From: Candidatus Bathyarchaeota archaeon
GTDB taxonomy: Archaea; Thermoproteota; Bathyarchaeia; Bathyarchaeales; DTEX01
Direction: 5' to 3'
DNA: 64,000 nucleotides
NCBI GenBank assembly: GCA_963714275.1
Contig: CAVQNT010000003.1
Span: 128,001 to 192,000, forward strand
Made by a program: the position numbers and the translations under genes. The notes below the pieces were generated by a model. It saw only the letters and a program-made list of their open reading frames with translations. It was not told the origin of the DNA and made no database searches. Below, in pieces: positions 10,493 through 22,400 of this stretch; within the stretch, counting starts at the first letter, position 1, and every line of letters begins with the position of its first letter.

Positions 10493-10631
10493 GCGGGGGT
10501 CGCAGAGCTAGGTCAACCCTTTCAAAAAAAGGACCATATGCGCGGAGCAACAGGGCAAAACCCCCATGCACGCAGGACTCAAGATCCCGTCCCGAAGGGG
10601 TTCGTGGGTTCAAATCCCATCCCCCGCACCA
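10493..10631 (+). tRNA. tRNA-Leu(CAA) with two introns (about 10517-10537 in the D arm; about 10546-10575 in the anticodon stem); CCA encoded
   Basis: Acceptor GCGGGGG/CCCCCGC+ACCA; T arm GTGGG-TTCAAAT-CCCAT; long variable arm; anticodon loop CTCAAGA. Removing the two inserts gives GCAGAGCTAGGTCAAATGC-G-CGGGA-CTCAAGA-TCCCG, a standard archaeal Leu cloverleaf. Confidence 0.9.
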
Positions 10632-10685
10632 TTCAATGACCTTTGTATGGTTTTTTACAGAATTTTCTGATGTGAACGCGAAAAA

Positions 10686-11146
10686 TTATTTGGGAAAAAC
10701 GAGTTCGAAGTTTTCACAGATCACCAGAAGACCTTCTTTCATCGCAAATCCGAGTTTCTGACCTTTTCGGGTCCAGTATTTCCAGTGTTCTCTCCTCCGA
10801 GATTCTAGGGTGCGGTCGTCTTCGCCCTCGGATTAGGCAAACACTTCTTTAACTTCGTTGAATGGTTTGACCTCAATGGCTGTGGTACGGAGGACTGCAG
10901 CGGGTTTTTCTTTGCCGTCAAGAATAACGTTGCGGTCCCCGACCTTAGGCATTTCCCCTCCTTCTCTCTCCAGCTCAATAACCAGCGTCGCCGTTCCTGT
11001 CTTCTTTCCTGTTAACACCAACCTCAACAGTTCATCAGCCAGTTCAGGACCGTCCCCGAAAGACCAAGCGTCAACGAAGGACCCTTAACCCCAGTTTCTT
11101 TCTGAAAACAGTCCCAGTAATCCACGACCTCTTTTAGAAACTTCAT
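10686..11146 (-). pseudogene. ASCH-domain protein, disrupted (frameshift near 11085 and in-frame stop at about 10833)
   Basis: WSFGD...ADELLRLVLTGKKTGT...GDRNVILDG...EVKPFNEV, then *SEGEDDRTLESRRREH...VICENFELV continuing past the stop. Confidence 0.75.
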
Positions 11147-11198
11147 TCAGACACCTTATCACACAAAACAAACCAAGACATGAAAAACTTACTTTCAA

Positions 11199-11492
11199 TT
11201 AAATATAATGTTTATGCGAACTAGCTGAGCTAACCTCGCTCTCTTCCGCAACCATCGCATCAAGCAAGGCGTTCCTGTACATCTGTTCCAGAGTCAGCGG
11301 TGGAGACGGAGTCGGAAAGACGATGCGGAGACCTTCAGACAACCCTAATCCGAGGATGAAACTAGCCATGAAAAGCAAAAGAATTGCTACATAGCCTTTA
11401 TGTACCTTTATGGTAAATGCATCTCCAATTCCCTTTTTCTTATCATCAAATAAATAAATATAACATAAATTGAGCCAACAAATGGTTCGCAA
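11199..11492 (-). CDS. Small hypothetical membrane protein or fragment
   Basis: 97-aa ORF with one hydrophobic stretch; no recognised family. Confidence 0.25.
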   Translation of the reverse strand: MRTICWLNLCYIYLFDDKKKGIGDAFTIKVHKGYVAILLLFMASFILGLGLSEGLRIVFPTPSPPLTLEQMYRNALLDAMVAEESEVSSASSHKHYI

Positions 11493-11563
11493 TAAAAAAA
11501 TTGACCATTTATGCGTCAGAACTCATCATGCCGAGGTCAAGGCTTTTCCCAATGATGGCTAGT

Positions 11564-14500
11564 TCATGCTTGTTGGACACGGATGGTTCTTATTTCGAAC
11601 GGTCTGAGCGTAAGCCTTATTTTATTTGCTTGAGGCTCAAGGGTTTGTAGCTTTTTCTCCGTCAAGTCAACTTCTTCGGCTTCTCGAACATTGAATCCAA
11701 AGGTTAGTTCCGCCTCTACCCCAGAACCTGTGGCGTCGTAGATTCTGACGATGCAATTTTCTGAGTCTTCTGCTGAGCTTGACGCAGGACACGACCACAT
11801 TGTCAGGCTTAACTTGCAGAAAACTGGTTTCCTCAGACGCACACTCTTTCGATACCAATCGATCCACGATAACGAAGGCTTTAAGCGGATGATTAACCTC
11901 GTAGCCTTTCCTGAAGGTTAAGGCTTCCTTCCAGCTGTTTCTGTGCGGATAAACAGAATACTTTATTTCGTGAACCTTTAGGTCTGGTCTGGGGTCAGGA
12001 TTGTAACTGGTTCTGACAAGCGTCATTCTAACCGTGTTGCCTTTAACGTCGAACCCGTACTTAGAATCATTCAAAAGGCTGAACCCGTATTCCTCGTCTG
12101 AAACGTCGACCCACCTAAGCGCAGGAACCTCCGTGCCATCAGCTGGTCTTTCAATGTACCCGAACGGAACCTCAAACGATGCTTTAGAATATCCCAAGAT
12201 TGGAGTGAAAGAAACCTTCAACATGGGTGCCTCGGTTTTTTCGTCGGAAACTTCTTTCCAGTCTACGATTGTTTTAAAGTCTAATCTTGGAACGCCTTTA
12301 CATAAAGAAATGTACTGAACAATCTCGGACCCTCTGAACCTGTGGGTCACTTTAACCGTTGCCCTTACGGGTCCAGTCTCGATAGGCTCGGTTTTCGCGC
12401 CTCTTATGAGATTCTCCGAACGGCTGATTTCGCCTATGATCCAAGCCGACATATTGTGAGGAAGCTCGTACAAAACCTGCAGGAGATTACTGAAAACAGG
12501 TCTCGTGTATAGATACCTATTTTTTTGGACAACGAACCGTCCAGCAGACTTGTCGTAAAGCGATTTAACTGTGCCAGATTCCTTCTCGATTTCAACCCTG
12601 AAAAACTCGTTCTCAAGTACGTTATCGCTTTCAGTAAGATTTGTCGAACCTTCTACGCTGCCTTCTCCCTCAACGAGATAGAAGGTTTTGTAACCCATAG
12701 AAGGCACCTTAGCCAAAAAAAGAACTTCGTCGCCATTCACCTGCACAAAATTTTTTTCTCCACCCTCGGTTGAAACAGCAATTGGGTTCTGCGGAATCAA
12801 ATTTTTGGGAACTTTAGCTTGAACAACTTCAGCACGGTCCCACGACAAAGGGTTGAAAACAACTATCGGCACTCCCGATTTAGAAAATTTTATTTTCTCT
12901 ATAAAGACTTTTAAAAGATGCTATTAGAGTTTCATCTGCAATCTTTAAGGCTTCTTCAGCCAGCTCAAAAGGATATTCGTATGCTTCTGGGGTTCCACTT
13001 CCATCCAGTATATCGTGGAACTGGTTAAAGAGGGCATTCGACCAAGCCTTGCGAAGGGCGTCTCTGGGATAATTGCCTGAGAAAACAGCGAACTTTTCGG
13101 CGTCCACAAGCAGACTTTCACAAAGCCGATTGTAGCGTTTTATGTCGCCGTGCGTAGTGTAACATCCGTCAAGGGTGAACTGAAGCTCATCCCTGACCAC
13201 AGGAGCCTTTTTTACACCAGGGTCCTTTTCGAACTCTTCATAAAACCTGTGGGTTGAACTGAAGATGAGTCAGGGAAAACCTGTTTTTTCTGGAGCTCGA
13301 AAGCGGCTTCGAGGTCATCAACCGTTGCTCCTCCACCATGGTTGCCTACCCCGTAAACAAACATGCTTGTCTTCACCCCGTAATGCTTTACGAGGTAGAG
13401 AACCAGCTCCATAATGTTCCTCGGTGTCACAGTGTTGTTGTACAGGCTTGCGAAAACCAGAACTTTCGACCCGTCGGGTGATTCCCACCAGAAGACAGGT
13501 CCTTTGCTACATCTCGTTAGATAGTAGTATCTGCACCTCGACTTCCTCAAAAGTTGCGGCATAGTCGAGATGTGACCAAAAGTGTCAGGTTCCCAGCATA
13601 CTTTAGGCTCGAACCCGAACGCTTGCTTAATGTAGCGGTTGGCTTCTAGAAACTGCCTAACCAACGCTTCGTTTCCGCCCATGTTTAAGTCAGCTTCGAC
13701 CCACGTGGAAGCGGTGATGTCCCAGTTCCCCCTTTTCACGTGCCTTTTTATCGAGTCAAAGAGGTCTGGAAACTTTTCCTCAACAACCTTGTACGTGAAG
13801 GCTTGACTTTGCGAGAAGTGGAAATCGGGATACTTGTCTAACAATTTAACCATCGTGCCAAAAGTGTCTTTTATGATGTCCACGGTGTCGGTCCAAGGCC
13901 ACAACCAATTCATGTCAATGTGTGCGTGACCCACAAGAAAAACCCTGAACTCCTTAGCTTTTCTGGAAAGAACGGATAACTTGGCTCGTGCTATTTCAAT
14001 TTCGTCAATTAGCACCGAAGGATGCTTCTCTAAAACCTTCACGTTGAATTCTTTGGACACGTTATCGGTGATTTTCTTGTCCAGAACAGTTGCGAACCTG
14101 AGTTCCTGGATGAACGATTCAAGTTCAAACGCCACTTTTTCAACATTACTGTAAGTTATGCCAAAACTAGGTATTCCCACAGGCTCAAACCTAGGAAAGA
14201 CGTGAACTGCAACGACATATTCCTTTTGGGACTTAGTCTCCTCATCAAGAACTATTCTGGGTCCACGGAGCTCAGTCCAGTAATCAGCGCCCAAAACCTT
14301 CTCAGAATTCACAAAAATCTCTATTTTGTTCATTATGATGCCAGACGGCATCTTTACGGTTGAACCGGAGACATCTATGCCCAAAATCTCTTTGGGAACC
14401 AAAATTCTGGTCCTAAGCCAAGCCCCGCCTTTCCTTGCATCAACGGTCAGGGGGAGCTTAACTTGTTCCCAAGCAGAATCGTTAAAATCAGATTTATAGG

Positions 14501-14621
14501 CGTCTGGAGATTCTCCTTGATAGAACCTCCAAGAAAGGCTTTCGCGGTATCTTGTCAACTCTGTATGTTTTTCTAGAAGCTTTTGTAATAGAGGCGAGAA
14601 GTCATAGTTTTGGTTGTGCAT
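11564..14621 (-). CDS. GH38 alpha-mannosidase, split by three frameshifts (ORFs 13212-14621, 12880-13200, 11667-12872, 11564-11842)
   Basis: VGHAHIDMNWLW, WEPDTFGH, YGVGNHGGG, NQFHDILDGS, VVFNPLSW, LLNDSKYG and C-terminal LRPFEIRT in collinear fragments. Confidence 0.88.
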
Positions 14622-14828
14622 AAATGTGAAAAAGAGAAATGCATTTATATAATTTACTTTTGGCTCCAGACATGAGTGTTCGCTAAACCTGTTGGTGACA
14701 ATGAGGAGCCATTTTGTATATGATGAGAAAATTACCTAGTAGAAACCCCGCTTTGAAGTACTATGCTTAACACCAAGCGAAAAGTTTAGGGCATAGAAAA
14801 AGAGAAACGATGATCAGCTAATCCTCTT

Positions 14829-16854
14829 TTAGCACATTATGTCATAGAGAACGTGCCCTTCGCTTTGAGCGGGCGCAGGAAAGTCAAGCAAATAGGCTAA
14901 CGTTGGCGCCACATCCACAAGCCATATGGGTTCAGTCCGCAAGTAGCCCTTTTTTACGCCAGGACCAGATATTACGAATATCGCTTCATTCGAGCATCCT
15001 CCCAGTTTCGCAGTAGGCAAGAATCCCGAATGATTGCCTCGTCCAGGTCTTGAGGATATCATCATTTTTTTCTCTTCATCGGTGTATCGCATTTTTTCAG
15101 GCAAAGGAACAGGTCCTGGGTCTCCTGTGTATCCTGGTTTATAGAAATACAGCATGTCTGAAGCTCTTTCTCCCCAATGACCCAGCATTTTTGCGTCCTC
15201 CTTCCGTAAAGCAAGAGCGATGGGGCATCTTCCAGTCTCGGGGTCTTTTAGTCCATAAAGTAGGCTGAGGGTTTGGTCAATGACATCGTCATAGTCTTGT
15301 CCCGGATCAACAATTCCCTGGGGGTCTCGACCCTTCAAATTTACCCAAATATATTCCATTGGGAACCCAGGTCGGATGTAAGCCTTCGTTCTAGACCAAT
15401 CTATCTTTGAATACCCAGTTTCCTTGTCAGTCTTTATTGTCAATAATCTAGCTAACTGCAACACTCCGTTCACTGAAATGGATTTTCTTATTGGTACCGC
15501 AGCGTGGTCTGATATTACGATGGTTAGCATGTCTTCGCTCCAGCATTCCTTAACCATTTTTCCAACCTGCTCGTCCATGTGCTCGTACATCTTCCTGATG
15601 ATTCCCCAGTGAGCCTTCTCTATCTTGGGGTCATAGCCAGGAGCAGAAGGATTAATGCCATCAAAGCCAATCTGATGGCCTATTTCGTCCTGTAAATGAA
15701 GCAAAGAAAACAGTCCGTCCCAACTGTACTTTTTTTTCAGGTAACGGGCTACGTTGACAAAATAGTTCAGTTGATGCGACGTGCATTCAAAGTAAATGTC
15801 TAAGAGCTTAGGTTTCTCTACGCGAATCGGGTGCCTGTAACCCATGTACGTTTCAAAACCGCCAGCGTAAATGCCAACATTTTCTACGATTTCTTGGGCC
15901 AAATTCGGAGGATAGGTCCATCCGTCCGTCTTGTAGGGGATGGTTCGGAAAATTTCGATTTTGTCGCCTTTGGGCGATAGCTCGTTCAGTCTAAACTTGA
16001 ACCCTACCTTAAATCTTTGACTGTCGCTGACAACTTTGTCGTATGTCCAATCGCTCCACTCTTTCACTCTAAGATTGGCTATTGAGGTCGCAATGTTTTT
16101 TTCACGGCAAACGTAAACTTTGTCGTATCCTTCATTTTTAGAGTCAATTATCAATAAATGATAAGTTGGGTCCCAAATTGGGTCGCTCTTTTCTTCTTCA
16201 GTTTTCCCGTAATGTAACTGTTCCCATTCGCTTTGCCACACGTCTGATGCAAGTTTGCTGCTCGTAAAATTACTTGGAATCTTGGATTCTAAAGGTTGAG
16301 AAAACGATTTTGGAAGGTTTTCCCATCCCTCTGCTTTTTTCAACGAAATCTGGAATTCAAATATGTCCTGTGTTTCCTTTGAACTGGGAGATTCAGTGAT
16401 AAAATTCACGGGTACTCCTTTGTTCCACTTAGGCGCACAGCCTGAAGGTGATGGACCACCAACCAACATTCCATTTTTGAAAGTAGGTGGCCACGAGCAT
16501 AAGTAATTCATAACTAAACATTTCTTTCCCGCCTTTTCCGCTGCATCCCAAAGGAACTCGGCTTTACAGAGTCTTTGTTGAGTCTAAACCCACAGTTGAC
16601 CGCCCAACATCCAATGGGTCGCCTGGAAGATGAATCGTAAAACTTGTTATGCCATGGGTACCAGGCCAAGCACCCGTAACTATTGTAACCCAATTAGTGG
16701 GAGAGTCGACGGGAGGAGCTGGAAGCGCTCGGGAGTATGTCCCCTTTTTGATTAATCGTGCAATATTGGGCATGTGTCCTTCATGCAGAAATCGGTTAAA
16801 ATGCTCAGGCATTGCGCCATCAAACCCAAGAATCATGAACTTCTTGGCTTTCAT
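14829..16854 (-). CDS. Alkaline-phosphatase-superfamily (nucleotide pyrophosphatase/phosphodiesterase-like) protein, frameshift near 16570
   Basis: ILGFDGA, SPTNWVTIVTGAWPGTHGI, VISDHA, WVNLKGRDPQG, DVAPTLAYLL. Confidence 0.85.
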
Positions 16855-17118
16855 AACTCTGTAATAATAGGTTTCCAATATAAAAGTTACAATGAAGTAC
16901 ACGCAATAATAAAATTTAAACCCAAATTCGAGAATCCTTTTCTTAATTTGATGTGTATTAGAGGATTTCAATAAAATGTTCAACTATAAGAAAAATTGTA
17001 TGTTGTTCATTAAAAGAATGGTCGATTCAGTAAGTGTCGCATGAATTTTTCTTCTTTGAAATGAGAAATCGTATATCTTCTGTTGCTGTAATGGTAGGAC
17101 AATGGGTAATATAACTCG

Positions 17119-17233
17119 GTTATAATTATAACATATTTAAGCGACTATGATAGTCGTAAAATTAAAAAAATTATAACAGTGTATGGTAAGAGTTAAAATT
17201 CTGAAAAGAAGTTAAAATACCGTAAAGTTAAAA
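17119..17233. promoter_or_regulatory. Candidate operators in the divergent promoter upstream of module 1
   Basis: Perfect palindromes GTTATAATTATAAC (17119-17132) and CGACTAT-G-ATAGTCG (17142-17156); three AGTTAAAA copies (17191, 17210, 17226). Confidence 0.4.
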
Positions 17234-17257
17234 CATAGACAAATATACATAAAAAAT

Positions 17258-19330
17258 ATGGAAAGAAAAGAGGTAATCATGATGGCAAATGAAAAAAGTG
17301 AAACAAAACCAGTAACATTGAGAGCGATAATAGTTGCTGTACTCATGTTCGCTATCTTTCTACCAATCTCCGAAATTTTGCTCCTTTACAACAGGAACCC
17401 ATCAACATACTACGGTTTTCCATTAACATTCTTCTGGCTTACAATGATGTTCTACGCTTTAGGCAAAGTAAGTAACAAGCTTAGACTAAGCGTATCAGAA
17501 TATGCGTTTGTCTTTGTGGTCGTTAACATTCTAGCAGGCGCTAGAGGAATGAGTATGTGGGCTCAAACAGAGAACTTCCTTAGATTCTCAGACGAAGCTG
17601 CTTCTATTCTGATTACAGGACTATTCAATACACCCAGCCTATACAATTCTTTGGTTCCGGAAATACTCTTCCCCGCTGCTCAAAGAGCAGACGTAGTAAA
17701 CATGGTGATGTTGGGAATTAGTCCAGGACAAATCTTTCCTTGGGCAGCCTTAGCTGTACCTGTGGCAATGTACTCGATTTTCACATTCCTCATAATGTCT
17801 ATTTCTGCGTTCATATCCTTCGCTATACTGAGCCCAGTATGGACTGACATTGAAAAACTGCCCTTCCCTATCCATGCGCTTTCAGCCATAGAATTTGCTA
17901 GAGACGGCATAGAAAAAAGAAGAATCTTTAACCTAAAAGAAGGAGACAGAAAAGTCTTCTGGATATTCTTCCTGATTGGTGCTTTAGCATCTCTGACGCC
18001 AGTATTGCTTGAATTAGTTCCCACGTTGCCTCTACTGAACGCCTTTAACTTCGGAGAAACCCGTGTACCAATACTTTCGTCAATATCGTCTGTTCTACCT
18101 GGATGGATAGGATACGGATGGTGGGTTTTCCCACAGTTCTTCATAGGCCTAGTTGTCTCTAACGAAGCACTCATTTCCGCTATAGTAGCATATCTTGTTC
18201 ATTGCATCTACAACGTCATAGCCGTTCAAGCAGGATGGTACCAGTACTACGTACCTGGATCAGAGGTAACTGGCGGATACTGGGACTTACCTTCAGGACA
18301 ATCTCCATTCCCACTACGATACATGATCATGCCAGGCGGTTTCGTCGGTGTAGGCATCATACTCTTCTGGGCAGCCAGGCACAGAATCAAAAAAGTTGTC
18401 AACGCCTTACTTGGAAAAGAAAACGTTGTAGAAGCGGGTCTATCATTACGTTTCGTGAGTTACATCGGAGTCGCCAGCATTGTCCTATTTCTGGGACTGT
18501 TCGCTGTCGTCGGAGTTCCATTTATAATTGGTCTAATGTGGCTAGTGATGTGGATTTGCTTCTATACTGCTGCTGCAAGAGCTGCCGCTGTGTACGGTGG
18601 CGCAGGTGGAGCTTTGAATTATGGCGACTGGAAAGTGATGTATCCGGTAGGTTCAAGTCTGGGTTATTGGCCAGCCGACCCGCCCGGTAACCAAGCATAT
18701 TTTGTTACAAGAGCTGTTACATATGGATTCGCAGACACAATGGCCAGAGGCGGAGGAATGTACGACATGGTTGCGCTGACAGCGTTATGCCATATCGAAA
18801 AGTCCTTCAACGTTAATATGAAGCACGTTTACATCGCGGTTCTAGTGGTAGCTGGACTCGGAACACCTCTAATGTACCTTTCAGGTTATTGGTTCACAGT
18901 ACACACTGGCGGACTTTATTCAGTAAATTCCATGCCATACTACGACATGATGATGGACTACCAAGGCGTAATGGTCGCTTACTTCACTGCAGGCGGAAAC
19001 TTCTTCCTTGAATCAGCATGGTTCGTCACAGGAATCGGGATATCGGTGGGCATTTATGCATTAAAAATGTTTGTGCCCATACTTCCAATAGACCCTACTA
19101 TACTCACAATACTCTTGTGGAATCCTGAGTGGTTCTGGATGACGGCAATTGCTTCGCTGGTAGTAAAATTCGTCGCAATAAGAATCGTCGGACAAAAGAC
19201 CTTCATGGAATACGCAAAAGCAGTCGTTGTAGGATCGATGGCTGGATTCGGAGCGATATTCACACTGTTGGCTCTTTCCCAATTGGGATTAGTAGCAATA
19301 CCAAGATTCCTAAGCCTATACACTCCATAG
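17258..19330 (+). CDS. Polytopic membrane protein, OPT/DUF6785-like (module 1, subunit A)
   Basis: 690 aa with many TM helices; WTDIEKLPFP motif shared with three paralogues in the window. Confidence 0.7.
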   Translation: MERKEVIMMANEKSETKPVTLRAIIVAVLMFAIFLPISEILLLYNRNPSTYYGFPLTFFWLTMMFYALGKVSNKLRLSVSEYAFVFVVVNILAGARGMSMWAQTENFLRFSDEAASILITGLFNTPSLYNSLVPEILFPAAQRADVVNMVMLGISPGQIFPWAALAVPVAMYSIFTFLIMSISAFISFAILSPVWTDIEKLPFPIHALSAIEFARDGIEKRRIFNLKEGDRKVFWIFFLIGALASLTPVLLELVPTLPLLNAFNFGETRVPILSSISSVLPGWIGYGWWVFPQFFIGLVVSNEALISAIVAYLVHCIYNVIAVQAGWYQYYVPGSEVTGGYWDLPSGQSPFPLRYMIMPGGFVGVGIILFWAARHRIKKVVNALLGKENVVEAGLSLRFVSYIGVASIVLFLGLFAVVGVPFIIGLMWLVMWICFYTAAARAAAVYGGAGGALNYGDWKVMYPVGSSLGYWPADPPGNQAYFVTRAVTYGFADTMARGGGMYDMVALTALCHIEKSFNVNMKHVYIAVLVVAGLGTPLMYLSGYWFTVHTGGLYSVNSMPYYDMMMDYQGVMVAYFTAGGNFFLESAWFVTGIGISVGIYALKMFVPILPIDPTILTILLWNPEWFWMTAIASLVVKFVAIRIVGQKTFMEYAKAVVVGSMAGFGAIFTLLALSQLGLVAIPRFLSLYTP

Positions 19331-19481
19331 AGTATCCCTTTTATCTGTGGAGTGTAACCTTCTATTTTGTTTATTATCTATCATGATTATGAAAAAGTTT
19401 CTACGAAAATCGAGTGTGGAATGAAATTTGCGAGGTAAACTCCTTAACCCTCATGAAAGCAAATTTGCCACAAAAATCTTA

Positions 19482-22400
19482 ATGGTGATGCTGTTATTAT
19501 GCACGATTGGGGTGACGGTGCCTCTAAGCTTCGGTTCAACAAGTGCAGTCTCCAATTTCTCAAACAAATTCTAATTTGGATTTTTTTCTCGATGAAAACG
19601 TTTACAGTAACGTTCTAGACAGGATAACTTTTCTTTCAAACTTAGGCTCAAGAGTGACGGGGTATGAAGGAAACTATAGGGCTGCCCAATACATAATCGA
19701 CGAATTTTCTAAACTTGGGCTTAACGTGCAAGTCCAGAAATTCAATGTAACAGTGCCCATAGACCTAGGTTCAGACATAACAATCCTTACACCAATCACG
19801 GCAACCATAAATGCTTACGCTGTTTGGCCAAACGGCGTTCAACCTTCCCCTGCAAAAGATTTGGAAGGTCCATTGGTGTACGTGAAGGGTGATTCGTTAG
19901 GAAATTTCGACGGAAAAAATATAACGGATTCCATTGTTCTCATGGAGTTTAACTCCAGCTCCAATTGGCTTTACGGTGTAGATTTGGGTGCCAAAGCCGT
20001 AATATTCATTGAACCTTCCGATTCGTCAAGCAGCGAAAGTCTACAAAAATTCGTTGAAGCCCCCGTCTACTTCCCGAAGTTGTTTGTGAAACATGATGAT
20101 GGACAAAGGCTTAAAAATTTGGTTCAAAGTTCCCAATCCGAAGTTCGAGTAAAAATAAACCTCAGGATGGAATGGAGAACCGTTGAAACACAAAACATCA
20201 TAGCCATGCTTAAGGGTACGGGAAATCCTGGAGATGTCATAGTTCTTACGTCACATTATGACTCGTGGTCGGTTGTTCCCGCCATTTCCTACGGCGCTTC
20301 TGACGCCACGGGCGTTTCATGGCTTATAGAATTGGCTAGGTATTTTTCGGTTAATAAGCCTGTCAGATCCGTTTGGTTTGTAGCCTTCTCTGCTCATTGG
20401 CAGGCTATGGCTGGGGAAAGAGAGTTCGTCGATGAAATGTTCTTTAGCAGTCAGGTTCAAAGTGGAGCGGTCAAACCTTGGGTCTTCATAGGTTTAGGAC
20501 CTTTCTCCGGAGACTCTTTCAATATCCAGCTATTGGACACAAGCTTTTACGCAGGAGCCTGTTCATCTGAGCTGATTACCTCCGACCGATTTACATGGAT
20601 ACAAAGACGCATAACCCAATCTTACCTTCTAAACAACGAATTAAGACTGACAATTGAGGAGCTCACTGGGAGAAATCTTGACCCTACGCTTTTAGTTGAA
20701 GAAAGGCTGTCTACAACCTCTATGTGGTGGGGAACAATCCAACAGCCAATCATGCTTGAAAGCGAAATTCCCCTTACAGCTGGCTGTATATCCTTTAACA
20801 TTCTCAGTTCTCCTGTTTACACATACTCCAAGTACATAGGGTCGCCCGTTAACGACTTGGAACTCGTTAACCTAGAAAATATAAAACCTCAGTTTCTTGT
20901 TTCAGGCTTCATTGTTTCATCCATACTTAACGATAATGAATGGTCCCTTAGTTGGGCCAGCGTTAAACCTGTCAGAAGCGTGTACGTGGGAAGCAGCATA
21001 ATTGCTTCACAAAACGCGGGGTTCATCACGTTGAATGGTAAAGTCCTGTTTTTTAACAATAGTTTAGGTTGGTATGAACCTATTTCCCACGCACTAGTTC
21101 AAGTGCAAATGACGACCATGAATAATCCCTTAGCAAAGATAATTACGATGGCTGATGAAAATGGAAGCTTCCAAATTAGGGGCATAACACCCTACACTCT
21201 CACTTATAACAAGGGCGGATGGGAAACCAAAGCTTGGATTATCGATAAAGAAACCGGGAATATACTATATGCTCCAGACCTCGGAGTTCAAGGCGGCAGA
21301 GTTTTTACAAGCACAATCTTTCCTATGAGTCATCCTGCGCAAGTGTCTGCTGTGGTTGCAGAACTCCGAGCTATAACAGTTTTTAACCTGCTGGACCCAA
21401 GATACGACAGACCACTGATGGTTTTGGACCAAAGGTTTTCCTCGCTTGTCTCAAGCGACATATTTGTATCAGTCAGCGGGTTCATACGCCCCATCGAATT
21501 TTCGTCTAAAAGCGATTTTCTCACTTATGGCGCTTATTATAATCCTTGGGAAACTGTGGGAATAGTTTTTGTCCCGCCGTCCTCAAAAAGTGCTATTTTA
21601 TTGAAAATGGGAGGCACAGGAGCATCTTCGTTAAGCTGGCCCATGTTTCTTACTAATTCGACTGATGAAGAACCTGAAGGGGCAGGAGTTACAATGTCTA
21701 ACGACTCAATCACGATTCCCTTCTCAATTTACGCTTTTGCCTCTGACATGTTCAGAGCAACAAAATCCAGATACGAAAAGTTAACGGCATACAATGTGAG
21801 AAGCCTCAGCATAGAAAAAGCGCTTGATGAATCCCAAAAGAACTTAGCATTGGCTGAAAGCTTGTTTAACAGTAAAAACTACAGCGAAGCTTATAGTTAC
21901 GCTACTTTGTCCTATTCTTGGTCAACCCGAGCTTACAATGAAGTTATGGCTATAATTAACGAAGCAGGCACAAGCATAACGACACTTTTTATCCTTGCCA
22001 TAATAGTTTCCTTCGTAGTGGAGCGAATATTGGTTCAAGCCACGAAAGGTCTTGTAAGGTTACTTTTCATAGTAGGATTCACGGTACTCTCCATTATCAC
22101 GATGAGCCTCATACATCCAGCTTACACGGTCATGAGCAACGCGATCATAGCGAATATTGGTTCAGTTCTGATGATAATGTTCGTTATAAGTCTGGGAATA
22201 CTGGCCATTGAAGCGGAAAAAATGTCAAAAGCCCTTTCTGTACGGTATCTTGGTACGCACAGTATTGAGAAGGCTCGATTGGGCGTCGTAGCCCTAGCTT
22301 CCTCGATATCTGTTAACTTCATAAGAAAACATCGTCTCCGGGCTGTGCTAACGTTCCTAACAGTTTTCATAGTCAGTACAGCCATCACGTCAATTACTTC

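Noticed and set aside
10302-10613. 103-aa minus-strand ORF
   Set aside because: Antisense to the tRNA and the FG-GAP gene; shadow ORF
11564-14621. Programmed frameshifting in GH38 and other split genes
   Set aside because: Too many breaks in unrelated genes with no shared slippery motif; error or decay is simpler
16855-16983. Upstream extension of the phosphodiesterase N-terminal ORF
   Set aside because: AT-rich promoter-like sequence; the family match begins at MKAKKFMILGFDG
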